Positions 38,936 through 59,950 of a stretch of 64,000 bases of DNA are shown in pieces. The stretch spans positions 3,072,001 through 3,136,000 of the forward strand of contig CP086569.2 in NCBI GenBank assembly GCA_009914755.4, given 5' to 3'. Below the pieces are notes generated by a model. The model searched no databases. It was not told the origin of the DNA and worked only from the letters and a program-made list of their open reading frames with translations. Position numbers and translations under genes: made by a program. The first letter of the stretch is position 1, and every line of letters begins with the position of its first letter. Source of the stretch: the human T2T-CHM13v2.0 reference genome, Homo sapiens.

Positions 38936-40050
38936 ATGACTTTACCTATTGTTAACCATTTATCAATAGTAATTAGCACAATAATCCTACTTCTAAGAAT
39001 TAACCTTTAGAAATAAACGGAGCTAGAGATAAAAGCTTTATTTTTAGAATTTTTTTGTCAGTGTTAATTTTAAAAGAAAAATTAGAAGCAACCTAAAACT
39101 ACAAAATTCAAAAATAGGTAAAAAGTGAAACAAACTGTAGTATCCATTTTAAAAAAAAGAAAGTTGGTCATAATATATCAGTCAATAGAAAATGAGAAAT
39201 TTTTATGTTGGGTTTTTTTTTGTTAATTTATCTAAGAGTTGAGTTGGGTGTAATGTTGGCTGTACCTGTAGATGCCAGATGTTCCAATTTTCTCTAGTGA
39301 GTTTTTTTTATTCCTATTGTCTTTACATTTACCTAGAAACTACTTATTAAATATAGTCTGCACAGTACTGCTTTCTCAGCTAAAATCTCCTGTTGATATA
39401 CTAAGGATTTATTGATGTACCAGTAAAGGGAAGTAATGCATTTTATAATGTTATGATTAATTCTCCAGCTTGTAGTGGTTGTTTCCCCTTGATATGTTCT
39501 TTACACGTTTTTTTCTTAGCTATTCCCACACTTAGATGAGACAGGAAGGCTAAAAAGACTGGAGTTGAGTAAGTGTCCTTAACCCGTGTGTTTGTTATAA
39601 GGCTTTGGTAAACTCCTTTCCCCTGGAGTATAGGGATTTGATATGGAAATACAGATAGCTTTTACTTCTACCTTTCAAAATTGGACGTATTTTATACATT
39701 TGTCTTCCTATTATACTAGTTATTTCCACCAGTGCAACGTTGAATAAAAGAGGTAAGGTAAAATATCTTTACCTTGTTCCTGGTCCTAGAAGAGGGAGGA
39801 AGCATTCAATTTTTACTATTAATTATGATGTCAGCTATACCTTTTTGAATGCATCTATTTTAAGATTAAGAAACTTTTCATCTCCTTTCAGGTTTTGAGG
39901 TGCTTTAACAAGAATAGATGCTGGATTATTCTTCAATTTGTGTGTGTGTGTATATTCAATGTATTATGTGATGTTTCTGTTTGGTTTATTTATATGGTAA
40001 AAAATTTTGAAAGATTTTTGAATGTTAAGCAAATCTTGTATTTTTTGTGA

Positions 40051-40424
<374 letters not shown>

Positions 40425-40504
40425 TTATTATTTAACATTGTGTTACAGTCAATTTTCTAAAATTTATTTTAGAATCATTTAATATATTTATGAGAAATAT
40501 TGGT

Positions 40505-40560
40505 CTGTAGTTTTCTGTGTTAGATCTCTATCTGTCTATCTATCTATCTATCATCTATCT
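40505..40560. repeat. (TCTA)n microsatellite
   Basis: tctatctgtctatctatctatctatcatctatct. Confidence 0.8.
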
Positions 40561-40624
40561 GGTTTTGGTGTTGTCATAATGCTGGTTAATAGAATGAGTG
40601 GGGAAGTGTCCCCTTCTTTTCAAT

Positions 40625-41130
40625 TTTTTTTTTAAATTTTACTTTTATTTTAACTTCAGGGGTACAAGTGCAGGAGTGTTACATAGGTAAACCTGTGTCA
40701 TGGGGGGTTGTTATGCAGATTGTTTTATCACCCAGGCAATAAGCATACTACCCAATGGGTAGTTTTTTGATCCTCAACTTCCTCCTACTCTTCACCCTCA
40801 AGTAGACCCCGATGTCCAAAAAATCTAAAAGGAGATAAAAAGTTACCTTCCTTGTGTCCATACATACTCGTTGATTAGATTCCACTTACAAGTGAGAACA
40901 TGCAGTATTCGATTTTCTGTTCCTGTGTTAGTTTGTTAAGAATAATGGTGTCCAGCTCCATCCATGTTCCTGCAAAAGAAATGATCTTACTCTTGCTAAT
41001 GGTTGCATAGTATTCATTGGTGTATATGTATCACATTTTCTTTATCCATTCGATCACTGATGAACATTTAGGTTGATTCCATGTCTTTGCTATTGTGAAT
41101 AGTGCTGTGATAAACACATGTGAACATGTG
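40625..41130 (-). mobile_element. L1 3'-end fragment, minus orientation, poly-T at the left
   Basis: Matches the antisense L1 3' UTR / ORF2 end: ...ccacttacaagtgagaacatgcagtattcgattttctgttcctgtgttagtttgttaagaataatggtgtccagctccatccatgttcctgcaaaag... Confidence 0.8.
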
Positions 41131-42659
41131 TTCGGTATAATTTATTATTAAATTTTGGTAGAATTCCTCATTTAAAGCACTTAGGGCTGAAAATTTGTTT
41201 TAGGGAGATCCTTATTCTATCACATTTACTTAATGTACATACATCTATTCATTTTATTCATTTTTTTGTATGAGCTCAAACAATTTGTGTCTTTCAAGGA
41301 AGTTGGCTCTTTAATGTTATTTGCTAAATTTTAGGTATAAACTTTCTATTATCTTTTTCATTTTATCTGTAGAATATATAAAGAAATTACTGTCATTTAT
41401 CATTATTCAAATTGGTAATTTGTGTCTTTGTTTTTCTTTGTTTTCCTCCCTGCTATTTTACTGATATCCTCTCTGATGTGTATTATTTCCTATGTTCTGT
41501 TTACTTTTTAACTTGCTTTTCCTTTTCCATTTTCTTTTTTATTTTATGATATAGTTTTGCACTGTATAACAACATATTGGTCAATTATGGACCACATATG
41601 CAACAGTGGTACCAAAATATTATGTATAATGGAGCTAAAAATTTTCTATCACCTTGTGATGTCATAGCCATCATAACGTTATAGTGAAATTGCTTTAGTT
41701 TTTAAAACAAATGTAGTGTAGCCTAAGAGTACAATGTCTATAATATCTACCATAGTATATAGTGATGTGCTAGGCCTTCACATTCACTCACCACTCATTC
41801 TCTGACTAAGCCAGAGCAACTTTCTGCGAGTTCCATTCAGGGTAAGTGCCCTACAAAGGTGTACCATTTTTATACACTTTTATACCATAATATAGTGTAC
41901 TGTTTCCATGTTTAGATATGTTTAGCTAGACAAATACCATTGTGTTCCAGTTACCTACAGTATTCAGTACTGTCACATGCTGTACAGGTTTGTAGCCTAG
42001 AGAAAATGAGCTATGCTGTATATCCTAGGTATATAGTAGGTTTGTGTGAGTATATTCTATGAGGTTTGCACAAGGACAAAATCACTTATATATGTTAGTC
42101 TTTCCAATACCATGTAATTCTGTAAGACTTTTCATACTTACACCACTGTCCAGATTCTTCAACAGTTTGACTTTCTGTGCTATAAGTGAACATAAATATT
42201 TTTTTCCTTATCACTGTTACTCATAGAGAAATCTGCAGGCCTTTTACATATTCAACAATATCATTACATCACAGAGCAAATAATAAGCAACAGACATAGT
42301 AAGTAACACATGTAGGTTTGGTCCCATCTGAAGCATAGTGGGGAACCGGCTGTTAGCACATCTGGCCTGTACACATGCAATTTTATGATCATTGGTGGGA
42401 ATGCTTGAAAAAGATATGTTGCAGCTGAAGTGGGCTGGAAAAGTCTTTTCCCTCAAAGATGCTAAATGACCTATGTGTTATGCATCTGAATTTTTACTGC
42501 AATCTGTCACATAAGGTCAAGTGTGAAATTTTCCACTTGTAGCATCATGCCAGTGCCCAATTTTAGATTTTGGAAAATTTTTGGTTTTAGATTTTTAGAT
42601 TAGGGATGCTCGACATGCAAAAGAAAACATAGGAAAAAACTTCTTCACTTTGGTCTTGG

Positions 42660-43920
42660 CAATGATATTTTGGATATGAACTTAAAAGTACAAGCAACAA
42701 AAGCAAATGCAGAAAAATGGGATTGCATCAAACTAAACACTTCTGCAAAGCCTGGTTAAAACTCAACTGAGTGAGGTGAAAAAACAGCCTATGAAATGGG
42801 AGAAAATATTTACAAACCAAACCTTATCCTTTAGATAAGGAGTTAATATTTAAAATAAATAAGGTCCCTTAATAGCAAGAAAAAATACCTGATAAAAAAT
42901 GGATTAAATGTGTGAATATACATTTCTCCAAAGATGACGGGCATATGGTGAGCAGATATATGAGATGTTGAATAGAATCTCAGGGAAATACAAAGTAAAA
43001 CCATGATGAGACATCACATCGCACTTCGTTGAATGGCTATTCAGAGATACAAAACTTAACAAGTATTGGCAAGGAAGTAGAGAAAATATATTTCCTATAT
43101 ACTGTTGTTGGGAATGTAAAATGGTGTATTTGTGTTGGAAAATAGTGTGAAGGTTTCTCAAAAAATTTAAAATAGAACTAATGTATAATGCAGCAATTCC
43201 ACTTTTGTGTATATATCCAAAGAAAATGAAGTCACATGTTGAAAATATATCTGCATTCCAGTTTTTATTGCACTATTATTTATAATAGCCAAACTATGAA
43301 ATCAAACTATCCGTCAAAGATAAATTGATAAGGAAAATGTGATATATACATGTGTGTCTGTGTGTGTATATGTATATATATATATATATATACATATACA
43401 CACACACCTATATATATACACATATATATACAAACGCACAATGAAATACTATTCAGCCTTAAAAATGAAAAAAATCTTTCATTTGCAACAATATGAATAA
43501 ATGTGGAGGACATTATGTCAAGTACAATAAGCCAGGCACAGAAAGACAGATACTGTATGATCCCACTGATATGTGGAATTCAAAAATATTGAACTCACAG
43601 AAGCAGCTTAGTGGTTACCAGGGACTGGGGATGGGGTCGGGAGATGATGGCAAAGGGTACAAAGTTTCAGCAAGAGAGGAGGAATAACTTCTGAAGTTCT
43701 ATAGTACAGCCTGGTGACTATAGTTAATAATAATGTATTGTGTACTTGAAAATCGCTAAAAGGCTAGATTTTAAATGTTCCCAGTATAAAACACAATGAA
43801 TATGACAGTGTATAGTTACATTAATTAGCTCGATTTAATATTTCACAATGTATGTATGTCAAAATATCACACCAGACACCATAAATATATACAATATTAT
43901 TTGTTGAATAGAAAATAAAT
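42660..43920 (+). mobile_element. Old L1 3' portion (ORF2 C-terminus plus 3' UTR) with an internal (TG)n/(TA)n microsatellite at 43350-43440
   Basis: Plus-frame remnants of the L1 ORF2 C-terminus (…KWEKIFTNQTLSFR*GVNI…, …MRHHIALR*MAIQRYKT…). 3'-UTR-like sequence to about 43920. Confidence 0.75.
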
Positions 43921-44827
43921 TAAAATTATATATTTTAGTTCATGTGTGGAATGTGTCCTAAGGATGCACTCAGACATATATGTATCATATGAGAATGCAA
44001 TAATATTTGATCATCATTGCTTATGTTGCTGAAAGGCAGGAAAAAGGCTAAGTATCTCATAATGGGAAGATTATTAATCAATTTTGGCAAATGCATATGG
44101 TAAGATACAGTGCACCTATTTTTAAAAGTGCATAATTTTAGGTTTTGTTTTATTCTGAAATGGAAATATATCCAAAATAAGCTTTTAGGCAAAAATAAAA
44201 GTTATAAAAACAATTGGTAGTACAAATAGTGTGAATTATATAAAGAGAAACTATTAGGCCTAATAATTTAAAATGTCTGTGGATCATAATCATGATGAAT
44301 GATGCTGGTAATCTTGATACTATGTTATAAACATTAGTTTTAATTATTGATGGTGATGTTTTTCAGGAAGATTATAGATAAAATGGTGAATGGATTATCC
44401 CATATTCTAAACTCAATAAAAACTATGTACTCCAAATAAAGCATTTTATTATCATATCAATGAATTGTAGGTTTGTCTGAACTGAAAAATAAATGGACAG
44501 TGAGAATTGCTACTCACAGGTTACCAGAACATGTTTCAATCTAATTGAGACACTTTAATGAATGCAATACAATTTTCAGCTATGACTTTAATTTATTTAT
44601 CAATTAGTCCCAAAATGTACATTTTCCCTAATTATTGGTAGCAGCAAATAAGCCAGATAGCTAGAAATGCTTCTTGGAAAATAAATACATTTAAATTTTC
44701 CCAACCTTGAATTTACAAATAATTGAAACAGGATGGCTAATAGTGATTAGCCCTTAGATACGCATATTTTTTTTCTGTAGTCTTAACATTTATATCTTCA
44801 TATACCTCAAAAAGCTATTTTAATGCA

Positions 44828-47154
44828 TGCATTAGTCTATTCTCATGCTTCTATAAAGAAATACCCAAGACTGGGTAATTTATAAAGGAAAGAGGTTTAA
44901 CTGACTCAGTTCTGCATTGCAGGGGAGGCCTCAGGAAACTTACCATCATGACAGAAGGCAAAGTAGAAGCAAGTACCTTCTTCCCAAGGCGGCAGGAGAG
45001 AGCACAGTGTGCAGGGGAACCTGCCATTTATAAAACCATCAGGTCTCATGAGAACTCACTCACTGTCATGAAAACAGCATGGGGGAAACTGCTCCCATGA
45101 TCCAATAACCTCCTACCAGGTCCCCTCCTTGACAGGTGGGGATTACAATTTGACATGAGATTTGGGTGGGGACACAGAGCCAAACCATATAATTGTGCCC
45201 GTGGCCCCTCCCTCATCTCATGTTCTTTTTATATTTCAAAACCAATTATGCCTTTCCAATAGTCCCCCAAAGTCTTAATTCATTCCAGCATTAACTCAAA
45301 AGTCCAAGTCCAAAGTCTCATCTTAGACAAGGCAAATCTCTTCAACCTATACACCTGTAAAATCAAAAGCAAGTTAGTTACTTCCAAGATACAATGAGGG
45401 TACAGTCATTGGGTAAATGTTAGCAGTTCAAATGGGAGAAATTAGCCAAAACAAAGCAAAGGGGCTACAGGCCCCGTGCAAGTCCAAAACCTGCCCAGGC
45501 AGTCATAAATTTTAAAGCTCCAAAATCTACTTTGACTCCATGTCTTATATCCAGGGCAGGCTGATGCAAGGGGTGGGCTCCCAAGGCCTTGGGCAGCTCT
45601 GCTTCTGTGGCTCTGCAGGGTTCAGCACTTGCAGCTGGTTTCATAGGCTGGTATTGAGTACCTGTGGTTTTTCTAGGGCACAGTGCAAGCTATCAGTGGA
45701 TCTATATTTCTGGGGTCTGGAGGACAGTGGCCCTCTTCTCACAGATCCACTAGGCAGTGCCCCAGTGGGGATTCTGTGTGGGGACTCCAACCCCACATTT
45801 CTTTTCTGCATTGCCCTAGCAGAGTTTCTCCCTGATGGCTCTATCCCTGAAGCCGACTTCTGCCTGGACATCCAGTCATTTCCATACATCCTCTGAAATC
45901 TAGGCAGAGGTTCCCAAAGCTCAACTCTTTACTTCTGTATACCCACAGGCCCAACACCCCATAGAAACTGCCAATGCTTGGGGCTTGCACCCTCTGAAGC
46001 AATGGCCTGAGCTGCATGTGGGCCCCTTTTAGCCAAAGCTAAAGCTGGAGCAGTTCGGACGCAGGGCAGTCCTGAGGCTGCACAGAGCAGCTGGGCCCTG
46101 GGTCAGCCTCAGAAAACCATTTTTCCCTCCTAGGCTTTTGGGTCTGTAATGAGAAGGGCTGCCATGAAGATCTCTGACATGTCCTGGAGACATTTTTCCC
46201 ATTGTCTTGGCTGCTAACATTTGGCTCCTTGTTACTTATACAAATATCTGCAGCTGGCTTGAATTCCTCCCCAGAAAGTGGGTTTTTCTTTTCTACCACA
46301 TGATCAGGCTGCAAATTTTCCAAACTTTCACACTCTGCTTCCTCTTTAAACATAAGTTCCAATTTCAAACCATCTCTTCATGAGCATATATAACTGAACA
46401 TTTTCAGAATCAACCAGGTCACCCCTTGAAAGCTTTGCTACTTAGAAATTTCTTCTGGAAGATACCCTAAATTATCTCTCTCAAGTTCAAAGTTCCACAT
46501 ATCTCTAGGCCAGGGCCAAAATGCATTCAGTCTCTCTGCTAAAGGACAGCAAAAGTGACATTTGCTCCAGTTCCCAACAAGTTTCTCATCTCCATCTGAG
46601 ACCACATTAGACTGGACTTCATTGTCCTTATCACTATCAGCATTTGGGTCAAAACCAACAAGTCTCTAGCGAGTTCCAAACTTTCCCACTTCTCCCTGTC
46701 TTCTTCTGAGCCCTCCAAACTGTGCCAACCTCTGCCTGTTACCCAGTTTCAAAGTCACTTCCACATTTTCAGGTTATCTTTATAGCAGTGCCCCACTCTA
46801 AGTACCAGAGAAATACTAGAGACTAGGTAATTTATAAAATAAAGGGGCTTAATTGATTCACAGTTCCACATAGGTGTAGTGGCCTCAGGAAACTTACAAT
46901 AATGGCAGAAGGTAAACGAGAAGCAAGTACCTTCTTCCCAAAGTGGCAGGAGAGCAAGAGAGTGCAGGGAAAATTGCCATTTATAAAACCATCAGATCTC
47001 ATGAAAACTCACTCACTATCATGATAACAGCATGAAGGAAACTGCCCCCATGATCCAATCACCTCCCACCAGGTGTCTCCCTCGACACATGTGGATTACA
47101 ATTGGAGATGAGATTTGGGTGGGGACACACAACCAAACCATATCAATGCATCAT
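44828..47154 (-). mobile_element. Complete MaLR element (THE1/MST-type): LTR 44828-45190, internal 45191-46810, LTR 46811-47154
   Basis: Both LTRs are THE1-like reverse complements. The internal region matches THE1-int, with gag-like minus ORFs 45641-45889 and 46039-46368. Perfect 5-bp TSD ATGCA at 44823-44827 and 47155-47159. Confidence 0.85.
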
Positions 47155-49651
47155 TATATATGACACTGTTGACTTTTAAAATGATAGAAATTCAACATTA
47201 TCTCAATTATTGGGTTAGAATGCTATCACCAGGGTATTTTTAAATGACAATTTAAAATAGAACTAGATAAAAAGTAAAACTTCAACAAAACAAGCAAATA
47301 ATAAAACAAACAAAACCCAGCTCTAGCCAAATACATTTCTTCATTTTTTAATCTGTAGTATTTTTCTGATTTTTATGCAAGAAATGCTAATGGTTTCATG
47401 TATTGACAGAAAAATATATCTCAGCATGATTTATGATAGAATAGAATAAATTACAAATTATTTAGACTAAATTTAATACTTGAAGTCATTTTAATATAAT
47501 GGCTTGTGGGGAACAAACGCATAATGTCATTTTACAGTTTATCACATTATTTAGACTCTTACGTCATTTAATTGATTCAAAAAATTGCAGAAATAACTTC
47601 TTTACATTATATTGTAGTTTACTGAGGCTAGACATACATAACATAAAAAATTTGAAAAGTATATAATTAAAGTGAACAGATGGCCCTTTCCAGTAAAAAC
47701 AACTGGAAATGCAAATCAACTGAAATTTGGGAATAATTGTAGCAGATGGTATAGCCTTTGTACCACTTAGATAATGGCTGCCTTCAGTCTTCCTATTGAG
47801 GTTAGTTGAACATGTTGTTTTTCATGTATGCATTTAAATAGAAATACAAAAGAAGAGCAAAATGTACTTTTGTATCACATTAGTAAATAAGGCATTCACC
47901 TGTGAAAGTTTCTAGCTGTCCTTATCTCACATCTAATGTGCAGAGTGAATAAGCTGCCCAGTGTCATAAAATTAGGCCTCTTTTAAATGAGTCTTCTACT
48001 TGAAAGACAATACAATTGTGTGAGGTCATTCCCAGGAATACAAATGGGGCAAAAATGTGCCAAAGCAATTATTAATATATACTCAATTCTCATATTAAAA
48101 ATGAATGTCATCTGGTACTCTATCAAAGTAGTATTCTATTTAAAAATTTTCTGAGAAAGAATCTAACATCGCCTGTAACATCATACATTATTGAATAATT
48201 TCTTCTTGCATTTTCATGCTAATGTCAATTCATACACCTGAAAATGAAGTCCAATATAATATTAAAGATAAAAAAGGTTAAACAAACTTTTGCTGTTCAG
48301 CAACAGAAAAGCAACTTAGAGATTTGAAGCACATGAAGATAAAATGCCATTAATTCATTTAACAAATATTTGAAAATTTAAATCAGGTTTGTGTAATCAG
48401 TCTTATGCAACAACTAGAGAAGTGATATATGTGTGATTTAAAAAAAGCTAGATTTGAAAAGGAAAGTTAAAAAAGAAAAACTTTTCAAGGACACAACACC
48501 ACCCATTGCTCTTATATTACTATTAAAAACTGTAGCTGAAAGGCAACGCTAATGATTGCCTATAGTTGCTGCTGGCCAATATAGCCAGATATATTCTGCA
48601 TTCTCAGAAACAAAATAACATAAAGCCAGTTCTTTTATTATAAACAATAGATTTTGACATTAGGTTACAAGTTCAGATTACAGGTCAGCAAGTATGACCA
48701 TATTTGTTCGGAAGAGAGCTAGAAATAATGTTTAAAATAATAAAGAGAGGAGGAGCCAAGATGGCCGAATAGGAACAGCTCCGGTCTACAGCTCCCAGCG
48801 TGAGCGACGCAGAAGACGGGTGATTTCTGCATTTCCGTCTGAGGTACCGGGTTCATCTCACTAGGGAGTGCCAGACAGTGGGCGCAGGCCAGTGTGTGTG
48901 CGCACCGTGCGCGAGCCGAAGCAGGGCGAGGCATTGCCTCACCTGGGAAGCGCAAGGGGTCAGGGAGTTCCCTTTCCGAGTCAAAGAAAGGGGTGACGGA
49001 CGCACCTGGAAAATCGGGTCACTCCCACCCGAATATTGCGCTTTTCAGACCGGCTTAAGAAACGGCGCACCACGAGACTATATCCCACACCTGGCTCAGA
49101 GGGTCCTACGCCCATGGAATCGCACTGATTGCTAGCACAGCAGTCTGAGATCAGACTGCAAGGCGGCAACGAGGCTGGGGGAGGGGCACCCGCCATTGCC
49201 CAGGCTTGCTTAGGTAAACAAAGCAGCCGGGAAGCTCGAACTGGGTGGAGCCCACCACAGCTCAAGGAGGCCTGCCTACCTCTGTAGGCTCCACCTCTGG
49301 GGGCAGGGCACAGACAAACAAAAAGACAGCAGTAACCTCTGCAGACTTAAGTGTCCCTGTCTGACAGCTTCGAAGAGAGCAGTGGTTCTCCCAGCACGCA
49401 GCTGGAGATCTGAGAACGGGCAGACTGCCTCCTCAAGTGGGTCCCTGACCCCTGACCCCCGAGCATCCTAACTGGGAGGCACCCCCCAGCAGGGGCACAC
49501 TGACACCTCACACAGCAGGGTATTCCAACAGACCTGCAGCTGAGGGTCCTGTCTGTTAGAAGGAAAACTAACAACCAGAAAGGACATCTACACCGAAAAC
49601 CCATCTGTACATCACCATCATCAAAGACCAAAAGTAGATAAAACCACAAAG

Positions 49652-50668
49652 ATGGGGAAAAAACAGAACAGAAAAACTGGAAACTCTAAAACGCAGAGCG
49701 CCTCTCCTCCTCCAAAGGAACGCAGTTCCTCACCAGCAACAGAACAAAGCTGGATGGAGAATGATTTTGACGAGCTGAGAGAAGAAGGCTTCAGACGATC
49801 AAATTACTCTGAGCTACGGGAGGACATTCAAACCAAAGGCAAAGAAGTTGAAAACTTTGAAAAAAATTTAGAAGAATGTATAACTAGAATAACCAATACA
49901 GAGAAGTGCTTAAAGGAGCTGACGGAGCTGAAAACCAAGGCTCGAGAACTACGTGAAGAATGCAGAAGCCTCAGGAGCTGATGCGATCAACTGGAAGAAA
50001 GGGTATCAGCGATGGAAGATGAAATGAATGAAATGAAGCGAGAAGGGAAGTTTAGAGAAAAAAGAATAAAAAGAAATGAGCAAAGCCTCCAAGAAATATG
50101 GGACTATGTGAAAAGACCAAATCTACCTCTGATTGGTGTACCTGAAAGTGATGTGGAGAATGGAACCAAGTTGGAAAACACTCTGCAGGATATTATCCAG
50201 GAGAACTTCCCCAATCTAGCAAGGCAGGCCAACATTCAAATTCAGGAAATACAGAGAACGCCACAAAGATACTCCTCGAGAAGAGCAACTCCAAGACACA
50301 TAATTGTCAGATTCACCAAAGTTGAAATGAAGGAAAAAATGTTAAGGGCAGCCAGAGAGAAAGGTCGGGTTACCCTCAAAGGAAAGCCCATCAGACTAAC
50401 AGCGGATCTCTCGGCAGAAACCCTACAAGCCAGAAGAGAGTGGGGGCCAATATTCAACATTCTTAAAGAAAAGAATTTTCAACCCAGAATTTCATATCCA
50501 GCCAAACTAAGCTTCATAAGTGAAGGAGAAATAAAATACTTTATAGACAAGCAAATGCTGAGAGATTTTGTCACCACCAGTCCTGCCCTAAAAGAGCTCC
50601 TGAAGGAAGCGCTAAACCTGGAAAGGAACAACCGGTACCAGCCGCTGCAAAATCATGCCAAAATGTAA
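49652..50668 (+). pseudogene. L1 ORF1, full length and in frame except for one nonsense codon (CGA>TGA at 49979-49981)
   Basis: The ORF track splits it into 49652-49981 and 50012-50668 in the same frame. The sequence across the stop reads …EECRSLRS*CDQLEERVSAMEDEM…, versus the L1HS consensus …SLRSRCDQLEE…. Confidence 0.9.
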
Positions 50669-50707
50669 AGACCATCGAGACTAGGAAGAAACTGCATCAA
50701 CTAATGA

Positions 50708-54544
<3,837 letters not shown>

Positions 54545-55649
54545 ACAATGAGATCACATGGACACAGGAAGGGGAATATCACACTCTGGGGACTGTGGTG
54601 GGGTCGGGGGAGGGGGGAGGGATAGCATTGGGAGATATACCTAATGCTAGATGACACGTTAGTGGGTGCAGCGCACCAGCATGGCACATGTATACATATG
54701 TAACTAACCTGCACAATGTGCACATGTACCCTAAAACTTAGAGTATAATAAAAAAAAAAAAATTAAAAAAAATAAAAAAATAAAAAAAATAAAAAAACTG
54801 TGATACACCAACAACAGAAAATATAGGAATAAGGAAAGCAGGGCTGGAGTGTGGAGAGGTGAGAAGAGCTGTCTGTATTGACAAAAGCAGAACCTTAGAA
54901 ACAACTTTCAGAAGCTCCTCATTAAATGAAACATTGTTATTTTCTTATGTCCCAAATATTAGCCAACTTGAGGTGAAATAAAGAGAAGTGACAGACTTTA
55001 GTCTCTGAGCGTACATCAAATGCATTGTCTTGTAGGAACAACTCTTTTACTTCAGTTACACCACCATGCTCTTTAAATTCTCTGTTATTCAGTGAAACTT
55101 TCTACTTAGGATATTTGATCAGTTGATTCATACCCAGTGTGAAATGCTTGAGAAGTTTAATTTCATGTAGTATCAGGGCAATAATCTCTTTACTTTGACC
55201 CAAACATCTTTGACTATGAAAAATCACTGAGAACAGAGGACACCCCACAAAGGCATCAACTTTGTTCTTCCCCAGCTTCACACTGTAAGAAATTTGGGTT
55301 CTCCACCTATTCCTGCGTTCCCAGGGAGGTATCGGTACAAGAAGATAAAAAATTGCTCCTTCCTATTCTAATTTAATAATAGTAAGGGAACATATATTTT
55401 ATAAAGCAGTACCTCTGGGCAGATAAATACACTGAAATACAGTGAAGGCAAAAAATAGGGCTCATATTGGCATGTTAGGGAACAATTTAAGTTAGGAAAA
55501 CTTCTATAGCAAGATAGCTGCAAAGGACATTTCAGCTGGACAGATTTTCTTTGTGCTTTCATCCAATTTGAATAGAAGATGTTTTTTGCTGTTTTATTGA
55601 GGCAACAAGTTTTTCTTGGCATTGGCACTATTTCAAAAGAATACAAAAA

Positions 55650-55690
55650 TCATGGTTGAAAAAAAATAAAATAAAATAAAATAAAATAAT
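55650..55690. repeat. (AAAAT)n simple repeat
   Basis: aaaataaaataaaataaaataaaataataaag. Confidence 0.8.
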
Positions 55691-56978
55691 AAAGAAAGCA
55701 TTCAGCAAAGGGTTTTGAGCAGTGGTCTTTGACCTCTAATAAAAGGTGTTCACAATTTGCATTTGTACGTAAGTGTAAAGTTAATAGTCCAGTGAAAAAT
55801 AAAAACATTTTTAGAAAAAATTAAAATGTATTTAACAAACCATTTTTATTTATTATAAAAGATAACGCCAGAGTTACTAACTCATATTGATTTTCATATA
55901 TAAGAAAACTGGTGAGAATATTTAGTGGTTAATTTTTACATCTATGGAATAATAAATGGGTAGAAATGAGCTAAAGGAAGTATGTTTTTAGACTACAGAA
56001 GTGCCATGGGCTTAATGACTCTAAATAAGAGAGGGGAGTTGGTGGATAAACAGCTTTTGTAGTATGATTATGAGGCATGTTCAACATTGTTTCTCACTGT
56101 GTCTCCAGAAGAATTGAGTGTCTCAGATTGGTAACACACTATTTATCCTACTCTTTATAAGCTTTCTGCCTCCTGAACCTCCAATCCCCATTTATTCAGC
56201 GTGTCTTTTTGGATCACCTAGTCTGAAACTACTTACAAACCAATTCTTTTCTGAGATACTTTGAGGAGAGCCAAAACAAAGAAAACTCTTTAGAAATAAT
56301 TTCCCAAGGTTACTTCTGCTTATGGCAGAGAGAACCACACTCCCCAAAAATGAATTGAAAGAAAAATTTGGCCACAGTTATCATCACAAGAGCATTGATT
56401 GCCTCTACCTTTATAAAGCATCACTTCTTTTTATTGTCTTATTTCTCCTATATCCCACTGTCTCTCCTTTGTATCCTCTTCTTATTAACCTAATTGATAT
56501 CCTCACCTTTTTATTTCAACATTAGTCTCAGGATCTCTGGTCCTGGTTCCCTGGGCTCTGAAGAGTTTATGAAAATTTTCCATTGCCTGGAGGACTTACT
56601 ATAATTTACAATGTTATAAAGTTTAGTATTTCATAAATTGCTAGATGATGATTTTCAGTATATATTCTATGAAAATTTTATAATAAGCGTTATGTAAAAA
56701 TCACCTGCTGTGGCTAAGTTTTAACTGCCGAGACAGAAAATGGTAAATTTATCGATAGCAAAATTTTTAAGAATTGTTAATAATATAATTTGAATTATAA
56801 AACCTTAAAATGAGCATAGATTTGGCAGTGTTTAACAATTATGCTTTACTCTAACTCCTATTTGCATACCACTTAATTAGTGTAAAACTAAAATGATCTG
56901 GAAAAGCACAGATAAAAAAGCATTCTAATGGGAAACATTCTATCTCTCTCTCTCTCTCTGTCATTGATCTAAATGCAT

Positions 56979-59750
<2,772 letters not shown>

Positions 59751-59756
59751 ATATAC

Positions 59757-59792
59757 ATATATAGAGAGGTATAAATATACCTCTCTCTATAT
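59757..59792. repeat. Near-perfect inverted repeat (hairpin-capable palindrome)
   Basis: catatatagagaggtataaatatacctctctctatatat. An 11-bp perfect stem (agagaggtata / tatacctctct) around a 2-nt loop, extendable to 17 bp with one unpaired CT. Confidence 0.7.
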
Positions 59793-59879
59793 ATTTTATA
59801 TATGAATATATATTATACTTCAGCATATGACTTCAAGTTTGAACTATGTGTCAGAATTATTCTGACTCCCCCTTGAGCT

Positions 59880-59950
59880 TTGAATAAATACATATTATAT
59901 ATAAATCTTATATATATATCCTTTCTCTCTCTCTCTTTCTCTCTCAATCC
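59880..59950. repeat. (TA)n / (CT)n simple-repeat block
   Basis: atattatatataaatcttatatatatatcctttctctctctctctttctctctc. Confidence 0.7.

Noticed and set aside
41540-42600. Segment ending in '…ccaattttagattttggaaaatttttggttttagatttttagattagggatgctcgac', reminiscent of a DNA-transposon terminus
   Set aside because: I could not match it confidently to a named hAT/Tc-Mariner family from memory, and no terminal inverted repeat partner was found. Left unannotated.
48745-48760. Target-site duplication for the full-length L1
   Set aside because: The upstream flank (aaaataataaagaga) is A-rich and blends with the poly(A) tail at the 3' end, so no unambiguous TSD could be delimited.
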